From assembly GCA_041666945.1 (NCBI GenBank), contig JBAYFY010000003.1, positions 7,392 through 71,391 of the forward strand: a stretch of DNA of 64,000 nucleotides. The letters are read 5' to 3'. Positions 1 to 11,300 of the stretch are shown here, one piece after another (positions within the stretch are counted from its first letter, which is position 1; the number at the start of each line of letters is the position of its first letter). The position numbers and the translations under genes were made by a program. Below the pieces are notes generated by a model, which saw nothing but the letters and a program-made list of their open reading frames with translations, was not told the DNA's origin and did not search any database. This DNA comes from Candidatus Buchananbacteria bacterium (lineage in GTDB: Bacteria > Patescibacteriota > Patescibacteriia > 2-01-FULL-39-33).

Positions 1-294
1 ACCGTATTCCCGCGCCTGTTCTTGAGCCCGGCTGGCACAGATTAATATTTCACCTAAATTATTTTTTTCTTCGATAAATTCCGCTTCCGCTTCCGCAAAA
101 CTTAAAACATCGGTGACTTGGTCGCGGCCGCGATACAAACGATTCCACTTTTTAATTGTTGACGGCTTGACTAAAACCAAAGAGAATTCAGCTGTTTTTA
201 TCCGGGACGCTTGAGAAAAATTTTGGATTATTTTTTTAATCAAACTGACATTAGGTCGGAATTTTGTTTCATTAGTCAAATCAAAATTTATCAT
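1..294 (-). CDS. ybeY: rRNA maturation endoribonuclease YbeY (C-terminus runs off the window edge)
   Basis: Not in the ORF track. Manual translation from the ATG at 294 gives MINFDL...WNRLYRGRDQVTDVLSF...LGEILICASRAQEQAREYG, the YbeY N-x-x-Y-R / TDVLSF / LG(D/E)I motifs. Confidence 0.9.
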   Translation of the reverse strand, partial: MINFDLTNETKFRPNVSLIKKIIQNFSQASRIKTAEFSLVLVKPSTIKKWNRLYRGRDQVTDVLSFAEAEAEFIEEKNNLGEILICASRAQEQAREYG

Positions 295-306
295 AGGTTA
301 GTTTGA

Positions 307-1326
307 CTAATTCGTGGTGGTGGCTGTAGAAGAAGCAATACCGGCGCTTGGCTCGCTCGCCAAGGGAGTCGTTATTAATTCAAAAAATTTAACGATAAAA
401 TTAAAAATATTAGGGTAACGGAATTCACTGCCCCGCCCCGACAAGTATTCAAAAACATACAACTTGGCCTTATCCGCTCCGGTCAAATACGCCGTTAAAC
501 CGTCAGGCGAAAAGATGCCTGATAAATCGCCATAATCAACTAAGCGCAAACTACTGACGCCGACTTGGGGGTGATTCTCTAAGTACCAAGCCATGGCCGT
601 CTGCCTGGCTTGATTATCCTTAACGGTAAGCTTAATAACTTCACCAGTATTAGCGGTAATTAAGGCCTGCTTGCCCTCTTTAATTTGAGCCACTTGCCAC
701 TCTTTGGGGTAATAAATCTGGAAATTATCACTATTGAAATCAGAATTAAACCTGGCGACAAACGGTGAATCGGCTATTTTGGCATTGCCGGGTTTCGCCG
801 GATCATAGCCGTTTAGCACTTCCACCCCGTCACGATAACCGTCGTTATCAGTATCAGAGTTGGCGGGCAAAGTGCCAAAGATGATTTCCTCGACATCAGT
901 CAAATTATCGCTATCGGTGTCTAAACTGATTGTTACAGCCAAAGCGGTTTCCGGCGTTGTTTCGGTGGAAGTGGCGACAGTGGAAGTAACCGGCGATTCA
1001 GTGGCAACGGAGGTTGTTTCCATTGCGGTGGTAGTCGGCGCCATCTCTTCCGGTACGGTTAAAGCGGTTTCCGCTACCTCTATCACAGGCGGCTTAATCT
1101 GGGTCTGAATCGGGATTCGGGATTTAGCATAATAATCATAGCCAAAATAGCCGGCGCTGACGGCGATTACTCCGAACAAAATTATTAAAGCGATGATTAA
1201 ACCCAGGCCCTTGGACTTGGTTGCCTCTGTTCTGAATTTTTCCGGCATCACATAAATTTCTCCTGTGGGGGCCGAGGGCGTCACCGGCCGGCTTGATGGT
1301 GGCATTGAATTTTGTTGATCGGGCAT
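307..1326 (-). CDS. Single-pass membrane protein with Thr-rich stalk, bacterial TSP3-like DxDxDG Ca-binding repeats and a C-terminal PsbP-like domain
   Basis: TM segment LGLIIALIILFGVIAVSAGYFGY; T/S/E-rich linker; DTDSDNLTDVEE and DTDNDGYRDGVEVLNGYDP; FQIYYPKEW motif. Confidence 0.75.
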   Translation of the reverse strand: MPDQQNSMPPSSRPVTPSAPTGEIYVMPEKFRTEATKSKGLGLIIALIILFGVIAVSAGYFGYDYYAKSRIPIQTQIKPPVIEVAETALTVPEEMAPTTTAMETTSVATESPVTSTVATSTETTPETALAVTISLDTDSDNLTDVEEIIFGTLPANSDTDNDGYRDGVEVLNGYDPAKPGNAKIADSPFVARFNSDFNSDNFQIYYPKEWQVAQIKEGKQALITANTGEVIKLTVKDNQARQTAMAWYLENHPQVGVSSLRLVDYGDLSGIFSPDGLTAYLTGADKAKLYVFEYLSGRGSEFRYPNIFNFIVKFFELITTPLASEPSAGIASSTATTTN

Positions 1327-1455
1327 ATGATTAAAATCAATTACAAATTAAAATTACTGATTGCCAATCATTTGTTTCTAATCAGCTTAAAATTCACCCG
1401 GCGGCTCTGGCTTGTCAGCAAACGGAAATAATAATTTTTTTCTTAATTTATATTT

Positions 1456-2319
1456 TTACTGTTTCGGCACTTCAAACAATCGGGCATTCCCCGGTTTGAG
1501 CGGATCATAACCGTTAATAACCTCCTGGCCGTCTTTATAACCATCGCTGTCAGTATCCGGATTTAGGGGATCGGTTTGATAAATTTTTATCTCCGCCCAA
1601 TCCGTCAAACCGTCATCATCCGAATCAGCTTTAAGCGGATCCGTGCCTAAGGCCCGTTCTTCACTGTCAGTCAAACCGTCGCCATCGGAATCAGGAGCCG
1701 ACTCGGTTGCGGCCGGGATAACGGAAGTGGTGGTAGCAACAGGGGTTGCCGGCACGGTTGTGGTTGCAACAACTGTAACCGCTGTCTGATTTTGTTCTGT
1801 AACAACAGGAGTAACGACCGGAGCAATATTCTTCTTGGCGGCGGAAAAATACAAATACCCCCAATAAGCGGCGGCGCCGGCGCCGGCTAAAACCGCCAAA
1901 ATAACCAAGACGGAAATTAATCTGCCCCAGGGAAACGACCGACCGCCGAAAAGCTCTTCGTTGGAAGGAATATAGGCGGCAGTTTGGGGATTTGATTCCG
2001 AAAGCGGTTGATAAGCGGCCGATTGCGGTTGACTAACGGGTTGAGCCGGAATAAAGGGAGAGACCGGCGAGCCGAAGGCCTGACGGGCAAAAGCCGCTCC
2101 GCCCTGGCGGGATACCTGATCAGTACTGGAAAAAATATCATCAATCGGCAGATTGGCCGGAGCGGCTGGCGCAGCCGCCGGAACAGATTGGGCCGGCTGC
2201 TGATTTAACGGCTGCGGTTGATTAAAGGGATTGGGACCAAATTGCGGCGCGCGCGGCGACGCTGAACCGGGAACACCTGTCCCCGCTTGATTGGCTTGGT
2301 TGGTTGTGTTATCAAACAT
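1456..2319 (-). CDS. Single-pass membrane protein with Pro/Gln-rich cytoplasmic N-terminus and extracellular TSP3-like DxDxDG repeats
   Basis: Likely start is MFDNTT at 2319, just after the stop of the giant gene. TM segment LISVLVILAVLAGAGAAAYWGY; three repeats DSDGDGLTDSEE, DSDDDGLTDWAE, DTDSDGYKDGQEVINGYDP. Confidence 0.8.
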   Translation of the reverse strand: MFDNTTNQANQAGTGVPGSASPRAPQFGPNPFNQPQPLNQQPAQSVPAAAPAAPANLPIDDIFSSTDQVSRQGGAAFARQAFGSPVSPFIPAQPVSQPQSAAYQPLSESNPQTAAYIPSNEELFGGRSFPWGRLISVLVILAVLAGAGAAAYWGYLYFSAAKKNIAPVVTPVVTEQNQTAVTVVATTTVPATPVATTTSVIPAATESAPDSDGDGLTDSEERALGTDPLKADSDDDGLTDWAEIKIYQTDPLNPDTDSDGYKDGQEVINGYDPLKPGNARLFEVPKQ

Positions 2320-2329
2320 AAAAAAATTA

Positions 2330-5300
2330 TTATTCAATATTACCCCAGCGGTTCCTGAATTCAAAACAATAATTAGCGGAACCGGCGTTCGCACTGCAGG
2401 TATTGAGACAATTGATCAGCGGTTTAGACGCAAAACTGCTGTAAGAAGATAAAGTGGCGCCAGTATACTCCTTAGAATCTTCTTCGGAAGCAGCTGCTCC
2501 AACAATTAAATTGCCGCTGCCATCCAAAGTCAACCATTTGTCTTCTATCTTATAATTTTGGCCGTCTAAGTAAGCGCGCAAAAATCTGATCTTTATCGGC
2601 TGATGATATTTCAAACTGCTAATATAAGCTCCATTGGCAGAGGCCTGCCCGGAAATCAATCGGCAATCCTTATCATAAAGCAAAAATTGATTGCTACCTA
2701 TGATTTCACCATTGTTAGTGCAGACAAAACCGGAAGAATTGCTCATAGTAAAGGCGTTGGCATTGCTATTATCGCGCGTCACAGGACTATAAATGGTATC
2801 ACCCTTCCGATAATGCGTTCCCGGGCATCCCCACCAACAATTATAATCTTTGTCCGCATCCCAATTAGCCATAAAACAAGCTAAGCCCGAGGGTTTAAGG
2901 AATAACAAAAACAAGGAGTCCGTGCTATTGCTATATTTTGTTTTAGCGCTTATTCGGTATGGCCCCTCTTCGGTAACCGAGCCCAAGAGTTCGTTGTCAA
3001 ACGATAAGGAATTGCCCGAAACACATTCGCCTTGATACGGCAACAAATGCACCTCCCAACTGTTTTGCGTGGCTTGAGGCGGAATATTACTCTTCCAAAT
3101 TATATAATCGTCGGCATCGCCGGTATAGGCCGGCAAATTCCAATCCAAAGAAGCATTGGGATCGGCCAAATTACCGGTCGGCGCATCGGAACAAAAAGTC
3201 AAATCGGAAATTTTGGGATAAGTGTTACTGCCGTCCGCTTCAGGATCGGCCGACTCATCATTAATCTTGTTTGTTTCCCATTGGCTATCCCAAACGCCGT
3301 TGCCGCAATAAGGTCCGTATTTTATTTCTGTTCTGCAGGAAGAGAAATCCGAACAAGAGTTGCCGGCTGCGGCGCAAGACCAAATATCGGGATTCGGGGA
3401 ACAGGCAACGCCTTTAACTTGGGTTTGCCGGCAAGGATCATTATTAACCGACCAAATAAATCCGGTGTGGCTGCTATAAAAATCCCAATTGGCTTGGCCG
3501 ACGGCCGTAGGAACCTCGCTTAAATTGCACCATTCCTGGCAAGTGGTGCAAGTGCCATTGCCCAAAGACACGGGATTTTCTGTGTCTTGGCATTTTTGAC
3601 CCAAAGGTATGGCTTGGCAAATGCCGGTTTTTAAAATATAGCCGGTTCGGCAAACGCAATTAAGCAAAATTGGATCAGTGCTGGTATTAACAAAATTATT
3701 AGCCGTATCGCATTGGCAATTGCCGGCTTCGTTACAAACTTGGCCGATTCTTGGTTCGCAACCTCTACCTGAAACCCACTGATAGCCGACAGCGCACTCA
3801 CCGGCATTTTGTGAAATATCGCCATTGCATTTAGTGGTTACCCCCGGCTGGTTATCATCCGGCTTACCACCAATAATCCACTGGCAAGATCCATCGCAAC
3901 ACTGGCCGGAGTCGCACTGTTCGCCGCCATTGACTACGCCATCGCCGCAATAAGCGAATTTGGCGGTAATTATTGATTGACAATCAGCGGAACAGGATTG
4001 ATAGCTGTCGCCTTTTCTTAAATTGGAGTAAAGTTGATTATTGCTTCCATTATTAGCCAGGCATTCAAAAAGATTCAACGGCGGTTTGGGCAGGGGCGTA
4101 TAACCGGTATTGCCGCAATCGCAAGCTTCGCCCGGCTCTTTAATGCCATTGCCGCAATTTATTACCGGCGTGGCGCTGGGACAATTATAACCGGCTTTGC
4201 ATTGGCAAAATCCGCTACAGCCGGGATCGGTCGGATAGCGGCAACAGCAACCTGCTCCAGCCGTCGCCTCGCAAAACGCCTTACCCGTAGCCGGATCAAA
4301 TTCGCAGGTTTCATCGCCCCTAATCAAACCATCGCCGCAAACCGGAAAAGGCGTTAAGCCGGAACAATTATAACCGCTATCGCAACGACAATTGGTGCAA
4401 CCGATGCCGCTATCGCACTCTTCACTCACATCTTTTATGCCATTGCCGCAATTGGTTATGGCGTAACAACCCCAAAGCCCGCCTTGATTCTGGCAGGATT
4501 GGGAAATCGGACAAGCGTTATCCAGATAACAATTGGAACAATTCTCTCCCGCATCCATTTGGCCATTGCCGCAAGTCGGGGGCAACGCCGCGCACATACT
4601 GGAAACAAAATAAGATTCAAAAGGATTTTGTCTTAATCCGGCGGCATTATTGTAATACATTAATCCCGGCACTAAACGCCACGACGGCTGCCAGGCGTTG
4701 GAGTTACTGCCGAATTCTTGTTTCACCGACAAAGTGACCGAATTACCGGAATTAGCCGCGATATAAGAATAGACCGCGGAATCAGCCGAGGGGCAGGTCA
4801 TGGTTTTGGTATCTTCATTCCAACAAGTTACCGAGGAAGCGGGACTGGCGCAACCGACGAATTTGTTAATCGGATCAACCGGCAAATTGCCGCCGCCCAA
4901 CACTGCGGCCAAGGTCTGTTGCCAAGACGGCCAGGCGCTGTATGATTTGTTGGCGATATAAGTGCCTGATTTTAAATCAGGATAATAATTGCCGCAAACG
5001 CCGCTGCCGGAACAATTCGCCGTGGTCTTGCAGATTTTAGCCAAATCGTTGCTGCAACGGGTTTGGTCATAATAATTTTTCAGCCGAACATTAATCTCCT
5101 GCACGTCGGCCAGACGTTTGGTATCGCGGATCAGTTTGGCTTTCTGCGACAGACAATAACTCTGGCCGCGTTTTAAACAATCAATATCAGTCAAACAATA
5201 ATCTTGCCCCGACGGGTTATTATCGCAACCTTTCAAATTCTCGCCTGAATCATTATAATACAACCCGCCAGAATGTTCTCCCGGATTCAAGTTATCACCG

Positions 5301-8300
5301 ACATTAAATTCCCAATTGTTCACCAATTGATTAAAAATATTAATCGTGGACTCATTGGCATCCAAATTATATGACATTAAATAAACACTGCTATAGATTT
5401 GCGTCGCATCATTGGTCAAATCTGCCGCCGCCACATAAACCGTTCGTCCGTCAGATACGGCCTGATAGCCGTCAACCAATAAAGATTTGGGATTGTTATT
5501 TTTACCGCCGAAGCGATTGGCATACCAACGAGCCGGCGAATAATGACTGTTGTTGTCATACACCCTAATGCCGACGGCATCCAATAAATCAGCGGACTCT
5601 TGCTTGACTAAGCGAATATTATACAGACGGAAATTGGAATCGACTGCGGCTCCGGCCGGGGTATCGTTAGTCCAACGAACCAACGCGCTGTGAGAGCCGC
5701 GATCCAATTCATAGGCAGCGCCGGCAGCGGTGCCGAAACGGGTTGTTTGCTGGTCATCCGGAGCGCTGGCTTCAATGCTTTCAGTGGAAGTCGGATTATT
5801 ATCGACTTTCAAATCAACTTTTTGCACTAAGCCGGGCAAGGCCTTAAAACCGTCGGAAGTTTGTAAAAAAACATAATACTTGCCTTTTGATTTAACGTCA
5901 AAATTGAATTTCAAACCGCTGTAATTCGCGTTCATTTGCACCGTACTGCCATCGGCCCAAATCTGGGGCTGGCAATTAGTGTCAGCGCCGCAGACGCGGT
6001 CAACATCGCTAAAATCGGCATCTTTAGCGGACAAATAAATTTGAGCTTCAGCGGCGGCGGAAGCAGTGGTACTGCGGGTAAATAAGAACTCTTTGACTTT
6101 GGCATCGCAATCTTTTTCTTGCAAAGTGAACCGCTGCCAAGAATTGCTAATTTTATAATAATAAAATTTGCCATCGGAAATAATCTCGGCTGGCATGCCT
6201 GTGCCGGCGTAAGAATTGTCATAATAAGCGATAACGGGTTTGAAGCCGGAGATTAATCCTGATTTAGCGGAATCATCCTTGCTGAAAATAAAGTTTATAG
6301 CGGTAACATCCGCCCGATAATGATCGCCGCGGGCGCTCCAAACATGTAAAACATTACCGACATTGTAAGCGGTCGCTAATTTAAAGTCAGCTGGCAAGCC
6401 ACGCGTTTCTTCTTTCTTCACTTCCGACCACCGCGGCAAATCATTGGCATTATTGCAAGAATTCGGCTGTTGCCAATAGGCGTAATTGCCGTCAGTATCC
6501 ATTATTTCCAAATAAGTTTTTTCGCTGCCGCCAATCGTTAAAGTATAGGTATAAGCGGCAAGCGGATGGAAATTGGCCGGCAAATTGGTTTTAGGCCCGA
6601 CATACTTGCTGCCCGTCACCCATTGGCCGTTTTTCAAAGTCAAATATTTTCCGGCGGCGTCCCAGAACTGCACCGCCTCGGCGGGACAATTGCTGTTGTC
6701 ATCATTAAAATAATAACCCAAAACCGGTTTGAAATTAGCGGGCAAACCGGCTGCTTGCCAGGGCGCTTTATCAACTTTGTGCCAGCTTTCTCCGCCAACA
6801 ATGCTTTCCCTGGCATAAACCTCTCCTTTACTGTTCCATAGATAAAGTTTGCCGTCTCCGTTATTGTAATAACCGAATTTAGGCACGAAAGTGTTGGGCA
6901 AATTAACGCAGGATTCATCTCCGCCGCCTATTACCACAGCCGTACTCGGCTTAATGACATTGGTGACGCTATCATAAGTAAAATCGCCGATTGACGGTAA
7001 ATCATCATCTTGATAGAGGCGACAACTGCCCTCCACATATTGCCCGTTGGCGAAACAATCGTTTTGCGATTGGCAGGCCTGGCCGGTGTTATCTCCCATC
7101 ACGCAAACATTAGCAGCGCCGCTGTCTCGGCAATACCAAGTCCAGAAATTAGTATTAATGCAACTGCTGCTGTCGCCGTCTTTGCAGTTGGCATTAGTAT
7201 CCTCAAAAGGAAAATATCGCGCCGCCGGCCAGGGATTATCGCACTCAACATTCATAATAGACATCGTGCCCCGGCCTTCGCCGACATTAACGCCGTTATT
7301 TGCCGCATTATTGTCAGCAGCGCTAATGGACAAAATACTCTTACCGGTTTTTTTGCCTGGCGTCATCCAGATATCAAAACTGTTATTATTGGTGTAATCA
7401 ACAGTGGAAGAAACCATGTCGGTATTTAAATTGGACAAAACCCAACTAAAGGAAGCGCGCAAAGGATAGCCGTGGCCATCCCGAGCCCAGGAACGATAAA
7501 GATGCTGATTGCCTGATTTATAACTGACGCCCTCTGCCACTATCGGAGCGCCTGTAGCATCCAAACTATAGCCGCTTTGGCTGGGATTATTTGTCCAAAT
7601 TGCCGACATGTCGTCGTCATAAGGATCAGCCGAGTAACGGCCGCAATCATCGGGCTTGCCTTGAGCCGGATCGGAATTGCAGAAAAAAGAATCCACCGTT
7701 TTTTGATCGCCTTTGGGCCAAACGTTTGTCGTAACTTTTTTTATCTGGCAAGCGGTGGCAAAAGTCAAAACCGTGGCCGCGGTTGTAGCCCTGACTTTGG
7801 ACTTAATATAACTGATCGCGGCGCGATATTCGGTATTGGCTTCCCAATTATTATTTTTATTGATGTAATTCAATTCATAACTGTCATTATCAACGGAATA
7901 ACCGATGATTTCTAAATTATTAGTTACCCCCTCCCTGGTGGTGAAACTGGCGCTATCTTGGAAATTACCCCAGCGCATTTGTTGCAAGGCGCTGGAATCA
8001 AACGTCTTTTCTGACAATTTGCACCAATAATCGGCGGCCATAACCGAACGTAAGCCGAACATGCGTTTGACGAATGACACTAATTGCTTAATGGTCCGTT
8101 GCCAAAAACCCAAATTATTGGCGGCGATGCAATCACCGCTCGGCGCCGTTGTGCCATTATAACCTTTATATAAAGTAATAGTGAATTCGCTCACATCTTT
8201 AGCCGGATGGAATTGCCAAATGCCATTGGGACACGGATTCAAGCCGACGCCAAACGGTTCGCAATATTGAGCGTTTTGATCCAATTGGAACGTCCAAGAA

Positions 8301-11300
8301 TAACTGTCCAAAATACCGCTGTCTAATTTATTATTCCGGCAAGTGCCGCTCTTCTCGGCCGAGTTAAGCAAGCAAGTGGCGCCGCAACGTTTGTCAGCTC
8401 CGTTTTTTCCTGAACCGTCGTCACACTCTTCTCCGGTTTCTATTCGATTGTTGCCGCAAACCGGCGCGCTCGGCGCGGAACCGGTATGCAGACAATCGGC
8501 AGTGCAGCCGACGGAATTTTTAAAGCAAACTTTAGAAACCGCAACGGAGCGCGCGCTGACCTGAATGGTAGTGGTGCTGATATTGTTATTATCGCAATTT
8601 AAGGCCGCATACTTGCCGCTGCCGGACGCATAACCGGCTTCATACAAACACTTAGAACTGCAACCGTCGGCGGAATTGGCATTGCCGTCATCGCACTGCT
8701 CGCCGTATTCTATCCGGGCGTTGCCGCAACGGGAATTCCAACGCGCGTTAGCGCCTTCCCATAAACAAACCGCGGAACAACCGTCATTATTTTTGATATT
8801 GCCGTCATCGCAATCTTCTCCCGGTTCAACCAGCTTATTGCCGCAAGAAGCCGAATTGGAATTGCCTTTGGCGCGGCAGGACTCGTCGCAATAATCTCCG
8901 GCCGAAAAAAGCTTGCCAACCTCATCGGCCGATAAGGCGCGATTATAAACTTTTAGTTCATCAATCAAACCGTCCCATTGCCCCTGATCCAGATAATCGG
9001 CGCGATGCCCGATTCTAAGAGGCGTGGCTAAATCGTAAGCGACAGAGGAAATAGCGGTTTTTACGCTCCCCGCTTCTTGGCCGTTGATATACAACTTAAT
9101 GCTGTTACCCGGGATAAAAACGCCCGTAACCAATGTCCATTTGCCGCCGTAATTGCTGAAAAAGTCGGGATAAGTAACGACGGCGCGCTGGCCGCTGTTG
9201 TCAAAAATCTGGAAGAAAATTTCATCCGGCGCCGGGCACCCCCAACGTAAGGCGCAGCCCCAATCATCGCCTAAAGTCCAACCTCTAAGTTGTGAAGCGT
9301 CATCGCTGTATTTATAAGTTGAGGCGATAATACCCAAACCGCGATCATCTTTGGCATCGGCCAGACCTAAAACACCATTATCCAATCTCACCCAAGCCGA
9401 GATGGTTAAAGGATTACTATTCTTCAGTTGGCTGACCAAACCAGCCGAATTAGTTGTTTCCAAAGCGGTTTGGCCGGTGGAACCGACAAATTTCGGCGCT
9501 TGGCCGAAAGGACTGCCGACAAAAGAAATATTGGTGTTGCCGGCTGAACGTAAAGCATAATTATGGCCGGAGCTGTCAATTAAATTATTTCCGGCGGCAA
9601 ATTTATAATAAGCCACTAAAGCGGCGTCTTGGGCCGCACATTCGGCTAAAGAAGTATCGCATAGGTCTTCGCCTTCTTTTATTAAACAGGTGCTGCTATC
9701 GCAAAAACCATCATAAGGATCGCCGGGACGGAAAGGATAAACCGTGGGGTCGCATTGCTCGCTGCCTTTGCTTTGGCTGGTGGCGTAGTTTAAGCCGCCC
9801 AATTGGGAATTAGCAAAAGATATCGGCCCAGACGATCCGCCCTTAACCACAACCCGGTAAGGCGTAGCCGTAGCTAAAAGACCGACTGGTTTTACCGCCA
9901 CTTCATTAGTGAATTGCTGTTCAGCCAAAGTCGGATAAACCAAATTAAGAGGTTGATTGGCGCCGCTTATAACGCAAGCCGCATCGCCGACGGCGCATTG
10001 ATACAAAAGTATATTGTCATTTTCCTTCAAACTGGCGCTGATGGCATCGGTCGTGAATTTGAATCTGACTTCAGTATTTAAGCAGGCATCATTAGTCGGA
10101 TTTATTACTTTGAAACCGCCATAACCTATTTGCAACTCGCCTCGGCCCCATTTATCAGCGGAACAAGTCGCTCCGCCTTGGGCTGAACCGACGGCTCGGG
10201 CTTTAATATTGGTAAAACCCTCACTATTGCCGAACACTTTAACGACAGGGGCGGAGCCAGTATAAACAACAGGGCAAACACCGGCGCTGGAAACAGAACA
10301 AATTTGCGCTACGCCATTGCCGGTAGCGGCATTGCAAGCGGTATTTTCATCACTTAAATTAAGGAGAGAACTCCACTGCCAAATATACAAATAAGGATTC
10401 AAATGCTGGCATTTATGTTGCGGATCGGCAATGTAAATCTGGCTTTCATCAGTATATTTCATGAGTTTCTTTTGCGGTAAAACGCCGACAAAATCAATCG
10501 GGCAATCAACTGCTCCGGTCTTAAAATACCAAAAATAATCATTTTGCCCGTCGCTAAAATAATTATCGCCCAAAGACGGGGTCTGCAAGACGCCTTCTCT
10601 CACTTCATCTATGCCTTGTTTACTCTTGGCTCCCCTCACTCCGTTATCACCCCCCAAGATTATGACGCGATAAAAGGTATTGGGATCAAGCCGAACCGGA
10701 CCGCTATTATTAAACGGGCTCAAACGAATGCCTTCGGCCGCCAGAGAATCATATTGCTCCGCCGGCGCGCTGACAATTTCCTGCCAAGACAAATCGCTAT
10801 GGCTGTAATTAAAAATATCCAGTTGCCATTTGCTTAAATCTATATCCGCGCAAGCGTTTAAAGAAGTGGATAAAACATCGTTAGCGGCGTTTGTCCCGGC
10901 GCATTTTTGCACTTTAATTCGGGTTCTATCCAAAGTTGCGTTTGTCATGTTACGGCTGAACAACGCCAAAAGCGAGGCGTTAATGCAGGCCTCGGTGGTT
11001 GTACCCCTAAATGGCGACGGGCTTTGCAACTTTCCGGCCAAACCATTGTCGCCGACGACACAAACGGGATTTTCCACCACAATCGGATCGGTAAAATTAT
11101 TATGGCCCGGGCAGGTCCCGCTGTTGCCGGTAGTCAACTCTATGCTGGCGATGCGGAAATAACCCTGATCGGAGGAAGTAAACAAAGCGTCCTGGTAAGT
11201 CCGCCAATCGCTTTCTTTTTGCGCCGTAGAAGTGGCTTTAGACCTAATAAAGTCGCTAATGATTGAATAATTATTCGTGCCTTTGGCCCAGATGCCGTTT

